Positions 1 through 12,226 are shown, counted from the whole stretch's first letter. The stretch is 63,045 nt of DNA, filler included, from Sluysia triapertura (GCA_046118255.1; 5 parts of 5 records of this genome joined end to end with filler, not necessarily neighbours in it), one strand, 5' to 3'. Program-made: numbers and translations. The notes: generated from the letters alone by a model not told the origin.

Positions 1-2199
1 TACCAGTTTTTCCCTCATTTTTTGATTTTACTTATGTTCATTCCTCTCCAGATCCTCAGTTGGGCAATCCCAACAATTATATTAATTCATTTTGTATTTC
101 TAATTTGATTTTTGGAATCATTTTATTTTTGATTACTTTGATTTTTGAAAAATTATTGGAAATTAATTCTTATCGTAAACTAACGTAAGTATTTACTAAT
201 TTATAAAAATATTTAATATTTAATTTATAAATTAATTCTAAATTATTTTCTTTCTTGTTTTAAATGGATTCAAGGCCACCAAAACACATAAAAACATAAA
301 AATTTCTTACAAGACGGGCATTTATTCACAAATAACACAATAAAAGGAGTTTCAAAACTTTATTCATAAAACTTCGTTGCGGATCGTAATCGTTAACACC
401 TCTTCTCAGGAACGACTACAAATTGAAAATTCATTTTTACTTAAACTGAATAATTTTAAAACGTTAGTTTATTTTTGTAAGGTTTAAATACCTTTGAGTA
501 TCGTACGAAACATCAACTAAAAATATATTTTAAAGACATACGGAATCCTTTAACGATTCCTACGTAAAATCTATTTAAATTTTATTGTGAAATAAAGAAT
601 TAACTCCAATAGTCAATCGACGTAATAATTTTATTCCTTATATTATATTTATTGAAAGTTTTGTATAATTTTGTATAATACACATTATAAAAAAGATCTT
701 GTTATTTTGTATAATTGATAACTTATGTAGCTTCAAAATCAGAATAATCATACGTGTATCAAAGACTTTATCAGAATTTAAATCTGATTACGTAAAATAT
801 ATTTATTACGAATCCTTTTTCATAGGATTCACGAAAAATATTCATTAAATAATTGTTTTTTTCAGTTAATACTTGCATTTATTCTTTAAAATACCTCCAG
901 AATTTAACTTAACTTCACTAAACATTTAGGCACGCATAGAGTCATATCTTTAATCTTTTTTATTGCAAAAACCCAACGGCTAGCCCTAACTGGTAAGCCT
1001 AGTACGTTGGTGGACTCACGTTAAAATCTCTTTTTATTCTACTTTAAATACCCACAGAAAGATAAATTTGAATACCTTACTGAATTCTTTATCACTTAAT
1101 AAATTTAGACATAGTTGGAATAGAATCAGAAAACTCAATTATTTAAAATTATACATAAGAGTAAGGAATTTTAACAAACAGCTTTGCAAGCTTAAACTCA
1201 CTTGGACGAACATTTAAAAAGAATATATAAAGGTTTTTAGTAAATAATATATAATTATTACGTGTTGATTATCCTTAAAAGAGTTAAAACATAAATTACT
1301 TTAACAAGCTAATAGACAAACCTCCGAAGTTTTACAAGAATAAAATAATATTGGTTTTACTTTATTTTAGAAGGTAAATATGCATACCCGCATAACTAAA
1401 ATATTTAAGTGCTCGAGTTTAAGTGCTGTTACTTACGAATACGTAAGGTCTAAATCGCATATTGTAAGCCGACCATTAGTAATTGTAAACAATTTGAAAA
1501 AGTATAAGAAAATACTAGCATAAGGGTATTAATGTGTTTCTACTTTGTAGTTTTAATAATCTATTAAGTAATTGTTAGAAAAACATCAATTAATTATTCG
1601 AAGAACATTAATTAATTATTGTACATATGTTAGAAAAAACATTAATTATCGCTAATTTATTTATGTTATTAATCATTTCATCGAGAAAACACTAATTATC
1701 ATTGATTTTTTTATATCATTTATCTATAATTGTTATTCATAACAAAATATTAATTAATTTGTTTACGAAAAAGCGGTAAAAATCAAAATCACGGAATAAC
1801 TATTAAAAGAGCAAAATTGACTTACAAGTCAAAAAAATAAATCAAAAAATTATTTATAAATCTTGAAATTGTCATGTTGGGGATATGTATTCACAAAAAA
1901 TATCATTTTTGGTAGAAGAATTTTGAAGTCAAACTTATTCGGTAGAAACATCAATAGTGTCAATAACGTCAAATTTTCTCGTAGAATTTCGTTGAACGGA
2001 CTGTATTTTGGACATTTTTAGCTCTGAAGATTGTAACGCTAAATAAGTAAGCTAATTTTGTTAAGTTATCACATTGTCAAACTTTGTGTCAAAATGCACT
2101 TAAATTAAAATAATGTAAAGTGAAGACAATATATGTTCAAATAGTAATTTACAATAATAAATAAATAATTCACATATATAATTTGTGGTAGATCTGTTA

Positions 2200-2900
2200 T
2201 TACGTAACATCCTAACTATTTTCCATCGAAACTTTTTTTCATATTTTATTTCTTCAGATCCACTAAAACCAATTTAATACCTTAAAATATTTTTTAATTT
2301 TCAATCTGGCAACGTCTAAATCATAATTATACTCAAAACCATCAACCTACAATTCAAAGTTCATTTAAAACATTTTATTTACAAAGTTACAACATCAAAA
2401 TTACTTCTACATTCAGAAACATCACTACACATTAAATTTTATTCAACACATTTTCAAGTTACAACCTTCCAACATCCAAACTTTTCTTTCATTTAAAAAT
2501 ATTAAGTATATGTAAAAATTCTTTTAAAACATTCATTCATTATTTTATAACTTTAGAATCACAATTACAACTCAAATTCTGTTATAAATGAAAAAGCCTC
2601 ATTCAAAACATCTCAATTCACAATCTTACAACATCTAAACTATTAATTCCACTCAAAACATTTTAAATCCATGTTACATTTATTTAAGAAGAATAAGTAA
2701 AAGATTATGCTTTGATTTTTATTTTAATTCAAAGTATTAAGCAAAAAATATTATTATGTCGAGAAAGAACGATATTTACATAAAAGAAAGATCATTTTTA
2801 TTATTTGAAAAGAATTTATGTTTTTATTTAATTTATCATTAATATTAATATTTTATTTTATTCATTATTATAATTCTTATTATTTAACACTTTTCATTAC
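2200..2900 (+). repeat. About 700-bp dispersed G-poor repeat, copy A
   Basis: Shares AACYTTTTTCATRTTTTATTTC(C)TTCASATCCAC, TTAGAATCACAATT and TTTATGTTTTTATT with copies B and C; degenerate internal units of about 60 bp. Confidence 0.7.
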
Positions 2901-3242
2901 TATCATTATTATTACATATTATTATCTTTTTACTCATTAATTTAATTAGTCTCGTCTTCACCAGTTAACAGTACATTAAACTAAATCATTATATTACATT
3001 AAACTGCCAAATGGTGACAGTTACTATGTGTCAACTTATTTATTATTTATTATGCACTGAGTAATTGCACAGTAAACATGGTATTTCGGTACACTTTTTA
3101 TTTTATTGGCTATCAAATCACGACATATTTTCCATGCATTTTCAATGAATTTTGCTGTGCTACTTTTTAATACATTATTAATTACTTAATGTTAAAATTT
3201 TATCGTGAAAAGAGAAAAGTAAAAATTAGAAATTTTATTAAT

Positions 3243-3527
3243 TGTTCTTTTCAAAATATTTAACAACTGGTAAAACATTTAAAAGATTCAGGTTATATCA
3301 AATCTGATAAAGTTGTTGAAACATTGTCATCAATTAATCGAAAACACTTTATACAAAATAATCCTTATTAAGATTCGCCACAATTTATTAGTTTTGGAGT
3401 AACTATTAGCGCTTCTCATATGCAAGCTACAGGCTTGGAACAACTAGCACCAGTACTTATACCAGGTGCACATATAATTCATGTTGGTTCAGGTAGTGCA
3501 TATTTAACACTTTGTTTTACAAAAATG
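3243..3527 (+). pseudogene. PCMT1: Protein-L-isoaspartate O-methyltransferase (PCMT/PIMT) N-terminal fragment, intronless, disabled
   Basis: Translation QLVKHLKDSGYIKSDKVVETLSSINRKHFIQNNPY*DSPQFISFGVTISASHMQATGLEQLAPVLIPGAHIIHVGSGSAYLTLCFTKM; in-frame TAA at 3261 and 3369; SAM motif DVGSGSG decayed to HVGSGSA; no C-terminal half. Confidence 0.85.
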
Positions 3528-3751
3528 AATTTAAATCAATTTTTAAAAATATTTTCTTATAAAGTGATCATTATGTAAACTTTTTATCTAAACATGAGAT
3601 TGTGAATGATATTTCATTAAAATTAGTATTAATTGTAAAATTAGAACAATTAGTATTAAAAATATTGGAATTAATTAAACAACCTATAATAGAATCTAAA
3701 TTCATTAAACTTATTGAAATTTGTTCTTTATCTTCAAATCGTATATTAAAC

Positions 3752-3910
3752 TGTTGGGGTAAAAGGCCTAAAAAGTGCTAAGTAGTATAATTGAATATAT
3801 TAAAAATGAAATTGTTAGACGGGGCTTATAGCTCAGTGGTAGAGCATTCGAACTGCGCAGCGATGGTCCCGGGTTCGATCCCCGGTTAGTCCATTTTACG
3901 AAGTCTAACA
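3752..3910 (+). mobile_element. tRNA-Ala-bearing TG...CA mini-element, copy 1
   Basis: TGTTGGGGTAAAAGGCCTAA 5' end; internal TGTTAGAC at 3813; tRNA-like unit 3822-3893; TTTT; GTCTAACA end. No clear TSD. Confidence 0.85.
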
Positions 3911-4067
3911 ATTTGTTTAATTAGCTTGATAGCACGCAGTACGAACACGAAGTGATCATCTGAGAGACAAATACAATGCAACTGGGTAGCAGAAGCAATA
4001 TGTTAGTCGTCGCAGCCCGTAGGATTCTTAGAACGCAAAACAATGATTTTCATTATTTTTAATTCTA

Positions 4068-4149
4068 AAAGTCGGAACGTCTCGAGACTCGGGACAACTT
4101 GTGAAAAATCGGGAATATCCCGCCAAAAGCGGGACGTCTGGTCACCTTA
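4068..4149. mobile_element. Terminal fragment of a hAT (Blackjack-like) DNA transposon
   Basis: Repeated CGGGA(C) subterminal motifs ending in CTGGTCACCTTA, the complement of a TAGGGTGACCAG-like TIR; partner end not seen. Confidence 0.55.
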
Positions 4150-4159
4150 CACCATTGTC

Positions 4160-5650
4160 ATCTATTTGATTTTTATTATTCACTTCAAGAGCATTTTTCT
4201 CCTTTTCTAACTCCTTATCTTTCAACTCCTGTTTCTTTTAAATATTAAGATAATAGTCGTACATATAATCTATAAATGCATATTCTTCTTTTTGTCTATT
4301 ATATCTATCTTTAATTTCATCATCATCGTCACCGTATAATTTTATTCTAGAGAACTCATTAACAAATCCATCTTTATGCCTTTTATTATATTCCATCGAT
4401 CTCGTATAGTTTTCTTCTTCAGAATCATAATCTCTTGCGTTTCTTCATCATAATTATTGGGACTGTTTCGGATTTTATTAAAATTATAATTTATTTGTCC
4501 CTACCCTTTTCTTAAAGTCATTAAATCTTGCTCTTCTATCAGAACTTGTTCTTCTTGAATAATATTGCATTTTAGATTTTGATTAAAAGTTTCAGCTCTT
4601 TTAATTTCTAGCATAGTGACCTTGCTTACAACAGTTAGTACAAATTACATTCCCTTCTATGTTTGTCTGAGTCTTATAGTTATTATTATCATTAAATTTA
4701 GCAGGACTCCTGTTTCTAGTGTTACGTCTATTACTTTGTTGATCAAAATATTCACCAGCCGGACTTGGCCAACGCGGTGCAGGTTTTTGTTTTCAACCAT
4801 TAAAGCCTGAGGATTTGTTATTGCTTTTAAAACCCAAATTGTTATTATTTCTAAAAGCCTGCGAGTTATTTCTCTAAAATTATTTCTAACCCATAGAGAA
4901 TCATTATACCTTAGAGCTTTATTTGTTTTAAAATTATTTCCTCTATTAAAATTGTTACCTCTGTAATTAGAATTATTTCCTCTAAAATTGGGATTAGTAG
5001 TATTATAACTATTTACTCTATAATCTAAATGATTATCATATCCATCATTAAAATTAAAGTTTTTATGCTCAAATCTTGGAGACTCCATTTTCTTAAAATT
5101 TCTATTTTTATAGTTATCTTCGTTATCACTTACGTAACTTATATTATCTTTTTCTTCAGTTCGAGATTTCTCGATGCCCCTTAATTTTTTAACAATATCT
5201 CTAAAGGATAAATCATCATTTAGACTTACATACGCTCCTAACTCTGAACGCAGGCCATTTTTAACTTATCAATTAAAACATTTTCCTTTTTATCATCAGG
5301 AATTTTAGCTCTAGCTAGTAAAGACTTTAATGCGCATGCAAATTCATATATAGTTTCCTTAATCTTTTGTTTTCTTACATTGAGCATCTTATTGTAATAC
5401 TTACCTATATCGTCGAGAACTATTTCTTCAGCATTGCAATAAGATGCAATTTTTGCTTATAACCTTTGCTTATCTCCTTAGAAGTTTGGATTGCCATTCC
5501 ACTGCAATACTACCATATTCAAAAAGAAAGTCACAGAGTTCTTCCTCTGCGTCGTTAAATTTTCTTAATTCAGGAGCGCCTAATATCCTTAGCAAATTGA
5601 GACATACAGTCTCGAAATTTTTCTATCGGTAAAGACATCTTATTAGTTGG
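4160..5650 (-). mobile_element. gag: Decayed LTR-retrotransposon (Ty3/Gypsy-like) gag
   Basis: Minus-strand KQKIKETIYEFACALKSLLARA (5307-5372), NGLRSEL (5239-5260), N/R/G-rich linker (ORF 4657-5088) and zinc knuckle ICTNCCKQGHYARN* (4601-4645); many stops and frameshifts. Confidence 0.7.
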
Positions 5651-6830
5651 TTTAGACTTTTAGACTTTTTCTTATTCTTAGTAAATTCAATTAAACTTCG
5701 TGTATCAATTCTGAAGACTTAAAAACTTAAATATAAACTTATAATTTATCAAAATAAAGATAAACCTAGTCAAATATCAAAACTTAACTTAAATAATAAT
5801 CCAAAAGGGTAAAAATTAAAATCGGAATTGAATCAAGAAAACTTAGTAAAATTCAGTAAACTCAATAATTACAAATCAAAATCTTATGAAACTTAATCGG
5901 AGAAGCTTTTATCAATAAACTTAATACTTAATAACAATGAAATAAACTTATAATCAAACTTAAAACTTATATAACTTATCAATTAAACTCTAAAACTTAG
6001 TGGGTAATGTTAAAAATCGTACAAAACTTAACAAATTTCAAAAAACTTATAAACTTAGATAAACTTCAAAAAGATACTTTAATACAATAAAATCGCAAGA
6101 AAATTGTACTTATAAACTTAACTTTTATCAGAATTTTATAACTTTATATTTTATAACTTGCTTAAAACTTATGTAAAATTCAAATAATCAACTGAAACTT
6201 AGCAAAGACTATGAAAATTAATGAAATCCTTATGGAATAACTTAAAATAACTGTTAAACTTATATAACTTTATATCAAACTTAAATAAATCGTACAAAAC
6301 TTATAAAAATTAGGGCAAATACGTAAGAAACTTATAAATTCTTACTTAAACTTATACGAAAACTTATAAAAATCAACTAAAACTTATGAAATGCTTAAGA
6401 GGTAATCAAAATAATCACATATAAACTTAAAGTTAATAGAAATTTGACTTAATTATCAAAATATGGGATAACTTAAACTTATGACTTAAAAATTCAAAAT
6501 ATAACACTTAAACTCGTTAAAATTCACAATTTAAAAGCTTAAACTTAATGGAAACATACAGTAATCACAAAATATATAATATAACTTCAACGTATAGCTT
6601 AAAAATACAAAATTAGACTTAATTTGCTTAACTTGCTTAAAAATCGAAATAACAATAAAATTCAAACTTATATCCTTAAACTTATTAAAATCTTGTCGAA
6701 ATAACGTAGAAAACAGCTTATAAAATGTAAATAGATCCAAAACTTGATTTATACTTGAACGACAACGAACTGATCGAATACAAACAAATCTGATAAGAAA
6801 CTTCATTTGTGGTGTCGTTCGGAAAGAAGC
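5650..6830 (-). repeat. Low-complexity AAACTTA-rich tract, probable 5' leader of the adjacent gag remnant
   Basis: Dozens of AAACTT(A) motifs with strong strand bias directly upstream of gag; a similar tract in the opposite orientation at about 51900-52170. Confidence 0.5.
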
Positions 6831-6831
6831 C

Positions 6832-7780
6832 ACTGTCGAAGAACATCATATTGCTCTGAAATTCAATTAATTTTGTGAAAGTGAATACTTTTGATGAGAA
6901 ATAAAACTACTGTTGCCATAAGGTTGTGATATTTTTTCTGATTCAAATCCTAATTATAAAAACTTCATTAAAAACGTAAGAAATTATAGTAACGCAATAA
7001 CATTTGCATTGATTGGAACATAAATTACTCACATGTCTGTATGTAGTACGTACTGTTATAAATTACAAGAACAGGTTTATCACAGAATATCTGCACTTCA
7101 TCTGAATGCAAGAGAGCGACCATAGTTCGCTTATATTTATATATTTGACTCCGAAAAAACATTGAATGAACGAATGAATACAAAATCAAATAATAATTGC
7201 GATAGAGAATTATTGTCACAACTTGATCAGCATATAGTCAGTCCTTTCGCTGAAGTATACAAAATGATCTTTGAGTTAGAAATGAAATTGGAAATAAAAA
7301 TGTATCAATCACAAACTGAATCTCAAAATAGTAGCAGTTTTAATGTTATTGAGAAATTTGAAAACTAAAAGATGTCTTTGCAATCAAATTAGATTAGAAA
7401 TTGAAGAATTCAAAATAACATAATTGCGGCTAAAGTTCTAACAGGATCTTCGATTGGTGAAGTGATAGTAATACCTTGAACTGATCTAATTCCCTCTGAT
7501 CTGGATCTTTCTTTTCAAATACGAAGACGACAGTTTCCGGTTAGACATGCATTCGTAATGACAATCAGTAAATCTCCAGGACAAACTTTTGATAACGTCG
7601 GAATCAATTTAAGGGCACCAGCTTTCACTCATGGTAATTTTTATGTAGCTTTTTTCAAGAGCTAAAAGAGCGTCAATCAAAAGTGTAGATAATTAGTACT
7701 GATAAAGAAGGAAAGCTTTTCAGAAAATTACAAAGATCATTTAATCCATATTGTTTTTACAAAGAAATTTTCAGCCTTTG
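6832..7780 (+). mobile_element. Internally deleted Helitron RepHel remnant
   Basis: N-terminal pieces KNFIKNVRNYSNAITFALIG and YCYKLQEQVYHRISALH...FAYIYIFDSEKTLNERM...SPFAEVYKM, then Pif1 helicase C-terminus KVLTGSSIGEVIVIP*TDLIPSDLDLSFQIRRRQFPVRHAFVMTISKSPGQTFDNVGINLRAPAFTHGNFYVAF (7411-7655). Confidence 0.85.
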
Positions 7781-8854
7781 ATAGTATAAATATATGGTAA
7801 GCATAACAAATTCATTTTAGAGCAATATTCTTTCGCCTGAATTAACAAGAAATTATTAAATTGTATTATGAAAATTTTACATTTTGATACTTCTTTAAGT
7901 ACAACTAAAATATAAATTTATTTTGATTATGATTGCGAATAAATCATTTTAAATATTGTTTTATTTATTAATTTTAAGTAATATTAATTTTATTTATTGT
8001 TACCTTGAAATTTTTATTTACAATTAAGCGAAGTGAATTCATTTATAAGGAATTTAAAAAATATTTAAAAAAATATTTCTGAACGAGCTTTACATCTGAT
8101 ATTAAATAATCAGTTACTACACTTTTGTTAATGATTTCCTAACACTGAAATAATCAATATCAAAACAAAATCACAACAGTTTTAAAGAAAATTCAATTTT
8201 TTTACGTACTAAAGGAATTTTTCGTATCCACGATATCTTAAGTACGCTAATAAATTATTCAGGAAAATTTTATACTAAAACGATATTTAATTATTCCATT
8301 CAATCTATTTGAAGACTTTCTTTTTTATTCTGTAAGGATTAAGTGCTACTGATATTAATAAGAAGCTTTAAACAATGATAAATCCTCAAGTTAAAAACTT
8401 TTAAAGTAGTATTTAAATTAATTTGTCTTGTTTAAATTGGTTTTTAAAAATATTAAATAATTTTTCTGACTACTCCATATCACATTTTCGAACGTTTAGA
8501 ATTAGAAATGTAAATTCATTTTTGTATAAATTAATTAACTTTAAATAATCGATTAAGTTTTAAGTAAAATTATATCAAATCTGTTATTACTTTATTGATT
8601 AATTTTTACAAATTTTGAAATTTTTGGAAAAGAAATTCAAATTATAAATGATTTTTGTTTCTAAAAATTTAAGTTTGTAATTAGTAAATATTTGCCAAAC
8701 CTAAATTATAAAATTAGTAAAATAAATATCAAATAGTAAAATAAAATAAAATAATAAATAAATAAGTAAATAAATTCATATAAATATTATTTAAGTAGTT
8801 TAAATTAAATATATAATAAATTCTTAATATTTTATATAATTAAATTTAATTTAA

Positions 8855-9238
8855 TTAATGTGATGACAAAATGAAATCTAAATATGACATATATCGAATA
8901 GCTAAACGCAAAATTTCTATTTTCGACAATTTTTTATCTGGTGGAAATGTTGGTAACAAATTTCTGAGCTGCAAAAATGCTCCATTGAATGCTTCTACTC
9001 TGACACGTTCTCGGGCTGCATGTGCATTTCTATATTTTTGAGTTGCACGCCGCTTACGTCTTCTTTCTTCTTTAGTCATATTCGAATTTGTATTTACCTT
9101 TTTCAAATTATTTTCATTATTGGAACTGTATATTATTGGATTAGTAGAATTGGTTTGCATAGTAACAACTGAACATTCGACTATATTTATTGAATTATCC
9201 GTTTTAGATGTAAAAGAAATGTGATTAGTTTTTGTCAT
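8855..9238 (-). CDS. NHLH: Nescient helix-loop-helix (NHLH/NSCL/HEN family) bHLH transcription factor, single coding exon, 127 aa
   Basis: C-terminal [66 protein letters not shown] matches the NHLH1/2 bHLH signature; intact ATG to TAA ORF. Confidence 0.93.
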   Translation of the reverse strand: MTKTNHISFTSKTDNSINIVECSVVTMQTNSTNPIIYSSNNENNLKKVNTNSNMTKEERRRKRRATQKYRNAHAARERVRVEAFNGAFLQLRNLLPTFPPDKKLSKIEILRLAIRYMSYLDFILSSH

Positions 9239-10132
9239 AAATGAAAAATGTAATTATTTAAAAATAGATATGAAAATCAATATTGATACATTTATATTTT
9301 TTGAAATTTCAATTTTCATTTGTAAATTATCTTACTCCAATAATATTTATTTATTAAAATTCATGTTGCATTCTGTTGTTTTAATGGATAATTGTTTAAC
9401 TTATGCGCACAGTTTTTAGCTTTAATAATAACTAAAATTAATAATTAGTAATTATTAATTAGTAATTATAATAATAATTTACGAAATGTTGCAATGATAA
9501 ATAAAATTGAAATTATTGATAATTGTCATTTTTTGGGCATGATTTTAAAATATAAGATATATATACATGCTAGGAAATTTATAACTATATAAAATTTCTA
9601 AAAGTTTTAATATAAATGGAATATGTATGTTATTGTTACTGGTACCGGAAGAAGTAGATTAAATTTGTATATGCTGAAGAATTATATCTCATTCGGATAA
9701 AATGATACAGATATTTGAATTCACCAAAATATGCAGACATTTTACAAAGTTAAAGTATAGAAGATTTACTGAACGATTACGTATTTCAATACGATAAAAT
9801 TATAATTAATAATCTATTTTTAAATTTTCTTTATAATGATATTTTTATTCAACCTTTTAAATTTAACCAGATGTCTAATTAAATAATTTTTTAATTTTTA
9901 TTAATTTTATTTTTGTAGTAAAATATATTTTTACTCTTATTTTTTTCTAAATGTTATTTGAATATTTTCTGTTTTTAAATATATAATTAAAATATTTAAA
10001 TTAACTTTTTAACTTTAAATTAAAAACTCAAAAAATCAAAATAAGATTTAATCTCAAATATATTCTCTATATCACAATTAATACAATTTATTAATTATAA
10101 ATATAAATTAAGACATTAAATAGCTTTACAGC

Positions 10133-10290
10133 TGTTGGGGTAAAAAAGGCCTAAAGTGCCACATAGTATAATGGACTATAGAAATATAAAATTATTAGAC
10201 AGGGCTGATAGCTCATTGGTAGAGCATCGAACTGCGCAGCTAGAGGTCCCGGGTTCGATCCTCGGTCAGTCCATTTTACGAAGTCTAACA
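10133..10290 (+). mobile_element. tRNA-Ala-bearing TG...CA mini-element, copy 2
   Basis: Same architecture; fully paired acceptor stem GGGCTGA/TCAGTCC-A; A box TAGCTCATTGG, B box GGTTCGATCC. Confidence 0.87.
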
Positions 10291-12126
10291 TAGTGCAGCA
10301 ATAACAAAAATGAGGCTACCAAAATTGTAATAATCAATGTAAAACGAAGTATAATAACAAACTCGAATAAATAAATAATAACAAAAGTAATAACTCGAAT
10401 CTATCGCATAGATTTCCGCTCAATGTTAGACGAAATATAACTCGAGGTTCATAATTAAAATAATTTTGTTACGAAATTGGAAAAGAAAAGAGCTCGCTTA
10501 TAAAGTAAATTTTAATCATATTTGTCCAAAAGGACAAATAATGCACAAATTGTGTTGAGTTTAGTGAAAGATGACAGTATGCAAAAGTGTTATAGCTTAT
10601 GGTACATAAGAAAAAAAAATAAAAGGAATATTAATAAAAGAATAAAATTAAACACCGTGGTGGATTAAGTTTATTAATTGGATATACTCACAAAATGTTT
10701 AAATTAAAAAGAAAGAAAAAAAACCTTATACAAGTTTTTATTTGTGAAAATATAAAAATTCATGTGCTAATTAATTTAATTGGAAATTGTTTTGACTTAA
10801 CTTTATGTATGTAAGATGTTTGTGTATGAGAAAATGACATCCGAACTGAAGTATAATGTTGATATTCATCAATGTTTCTAATAGTGATGTGACGCAGATA
10901 ATTATTTATTTCAATTAATTTTCTATAATGTAAAGTTAAATTTATATATGTTGTAATGTTCATATTTAATGTTCATTAAAGCGTATGTTATTGAAATCGA
11001 CGTGTAACGTATTGATTTAAATGTTACTATGGAAAAGAAGTTGTTGCATATTTGATTGATTTTATCTTTAATTTAAGTTAATAAATTATTCAAACAGTAA
11101 ACATTACTATAATAAACGTGATAAATTTTGATAAGAGGATTGTTTGCTACATATCTCATTATTTTTAGGCAATTGTTAGAAGACAATAAGTTGGAAATTA
11201 ACGAAAATTTGATGGCAATTATGGTCGAAATTTGATTATTAATATTGGTCGGCTTATAACCGACTGAAAAGAATAAGTAATTATACAAAGTAATTATGTC
11301 GAATTTTCAATTTCTAATCTTCTCAGAAATTATTGAACAGCTGCATAAGCGATCGAATTGTTCCTAAAAATTCATTGCTAAATTCCAGAGTAAAATGTCG
11401 AACAAAAACCTCTCGTGCTGCAGGAGAGCTGCTCCAACGTTATATTGGCAAACATTGCAACAGGAGCTTTAACAAATGATTAAATTTTTAATTTTTTCTT
11501 TATGTATTTTTGCAGTTAGTTAATTCACGTTTTGTTACATTTTTTAGGTTGTGTCATACCTGGATTTGAGTACTATATTTTAATAGTTCATCGTGTAACG
11601 AAATTGATTTATATCATTATCAAAGTATAAGTGATTGTAATAATTTGAATTTGTTTTGGGATTATTAAAAATATTGATAATAATAACAAAAATATATTAA
11701 TTATTTTTAAGTAAAATCTTTGCCCGAAGGCTGTACACTTAATGATTTTATCTTCGAACTAGATATTTCTTCAGAATCTTCGTTTGATTTTTTTTGCAGT
11801 CACAAGGGCAGAATTTGCAGTATGATCTGGAACATGGATTGGAGCATTTCTTGGAGGTGGGGCTGTATTGCTGTTGTTTATTGTCTGATTGTTGGGTACC
11901 GGGACAAGACATGATTCATGTGGATACTATATGACATTTTCACCATTCCAATGGAAATATCAACAAGTAATTTATTTATTGACAATCTGCTGAATGTAAA
12001 AGTTCCAAGGATACTAATATTCTCAGGATTCATTGTTCCCATAACCGGAAAGATTAACCCCTTACCGGTTTTATTTTTTTTCTGTGAATGGTCAAAAACT
12101 GACTTAATTTTTTTTTTAAATTTAAC

Positions 12127-12226
12127 NNNNNNNNNNNNNNNNNNNNNNNNNNNNNNNNNNNNNNNNNNNNTTAATTAATTAANNNNNNNNNNNNNNNNNN
12201 NNNNNNNNNNNNNNNNNNNNNNNNNN
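12127..12226. other. Assembly gap with artificial all-frame stop linker; also 25180-25279, 36527-36626, 50825-50924
   Basis: Identical N44-TTAATTAATTAA-N44 blocks. Confidence 0.97.

Noticed and set aside
3261-3371. TAA reassignment suggested by in-frame TAA codons in PCMT
   Set aside because: NHLH and eIF1A end in TAA at the expected positions, and the PCMT fragment is also truncated with a damaged SAM motif.
3822-3893. Functional tRNA genes (Ala, Cys or Arg-GCG)
   Set aside because: The anticodon stem cannot pair, copies carry scattered substitutions, and all share non-tRNA flanks, so they are parts of a repeat.
6808-6840. Possible PBS (TGGCTTCTTTCCG on the minus strand) for the gag remnant
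   Set aside because: No recognisable LTR next to it, the adjoining bases read as Helitron coding sequence, and the tRNA match is poor.
12171-12182. TTAATTAATTAA palindrome repeated four times between N runs
   Set aside because: Identical N44-linker-N44 layout marks an artificial scaffold spacer.
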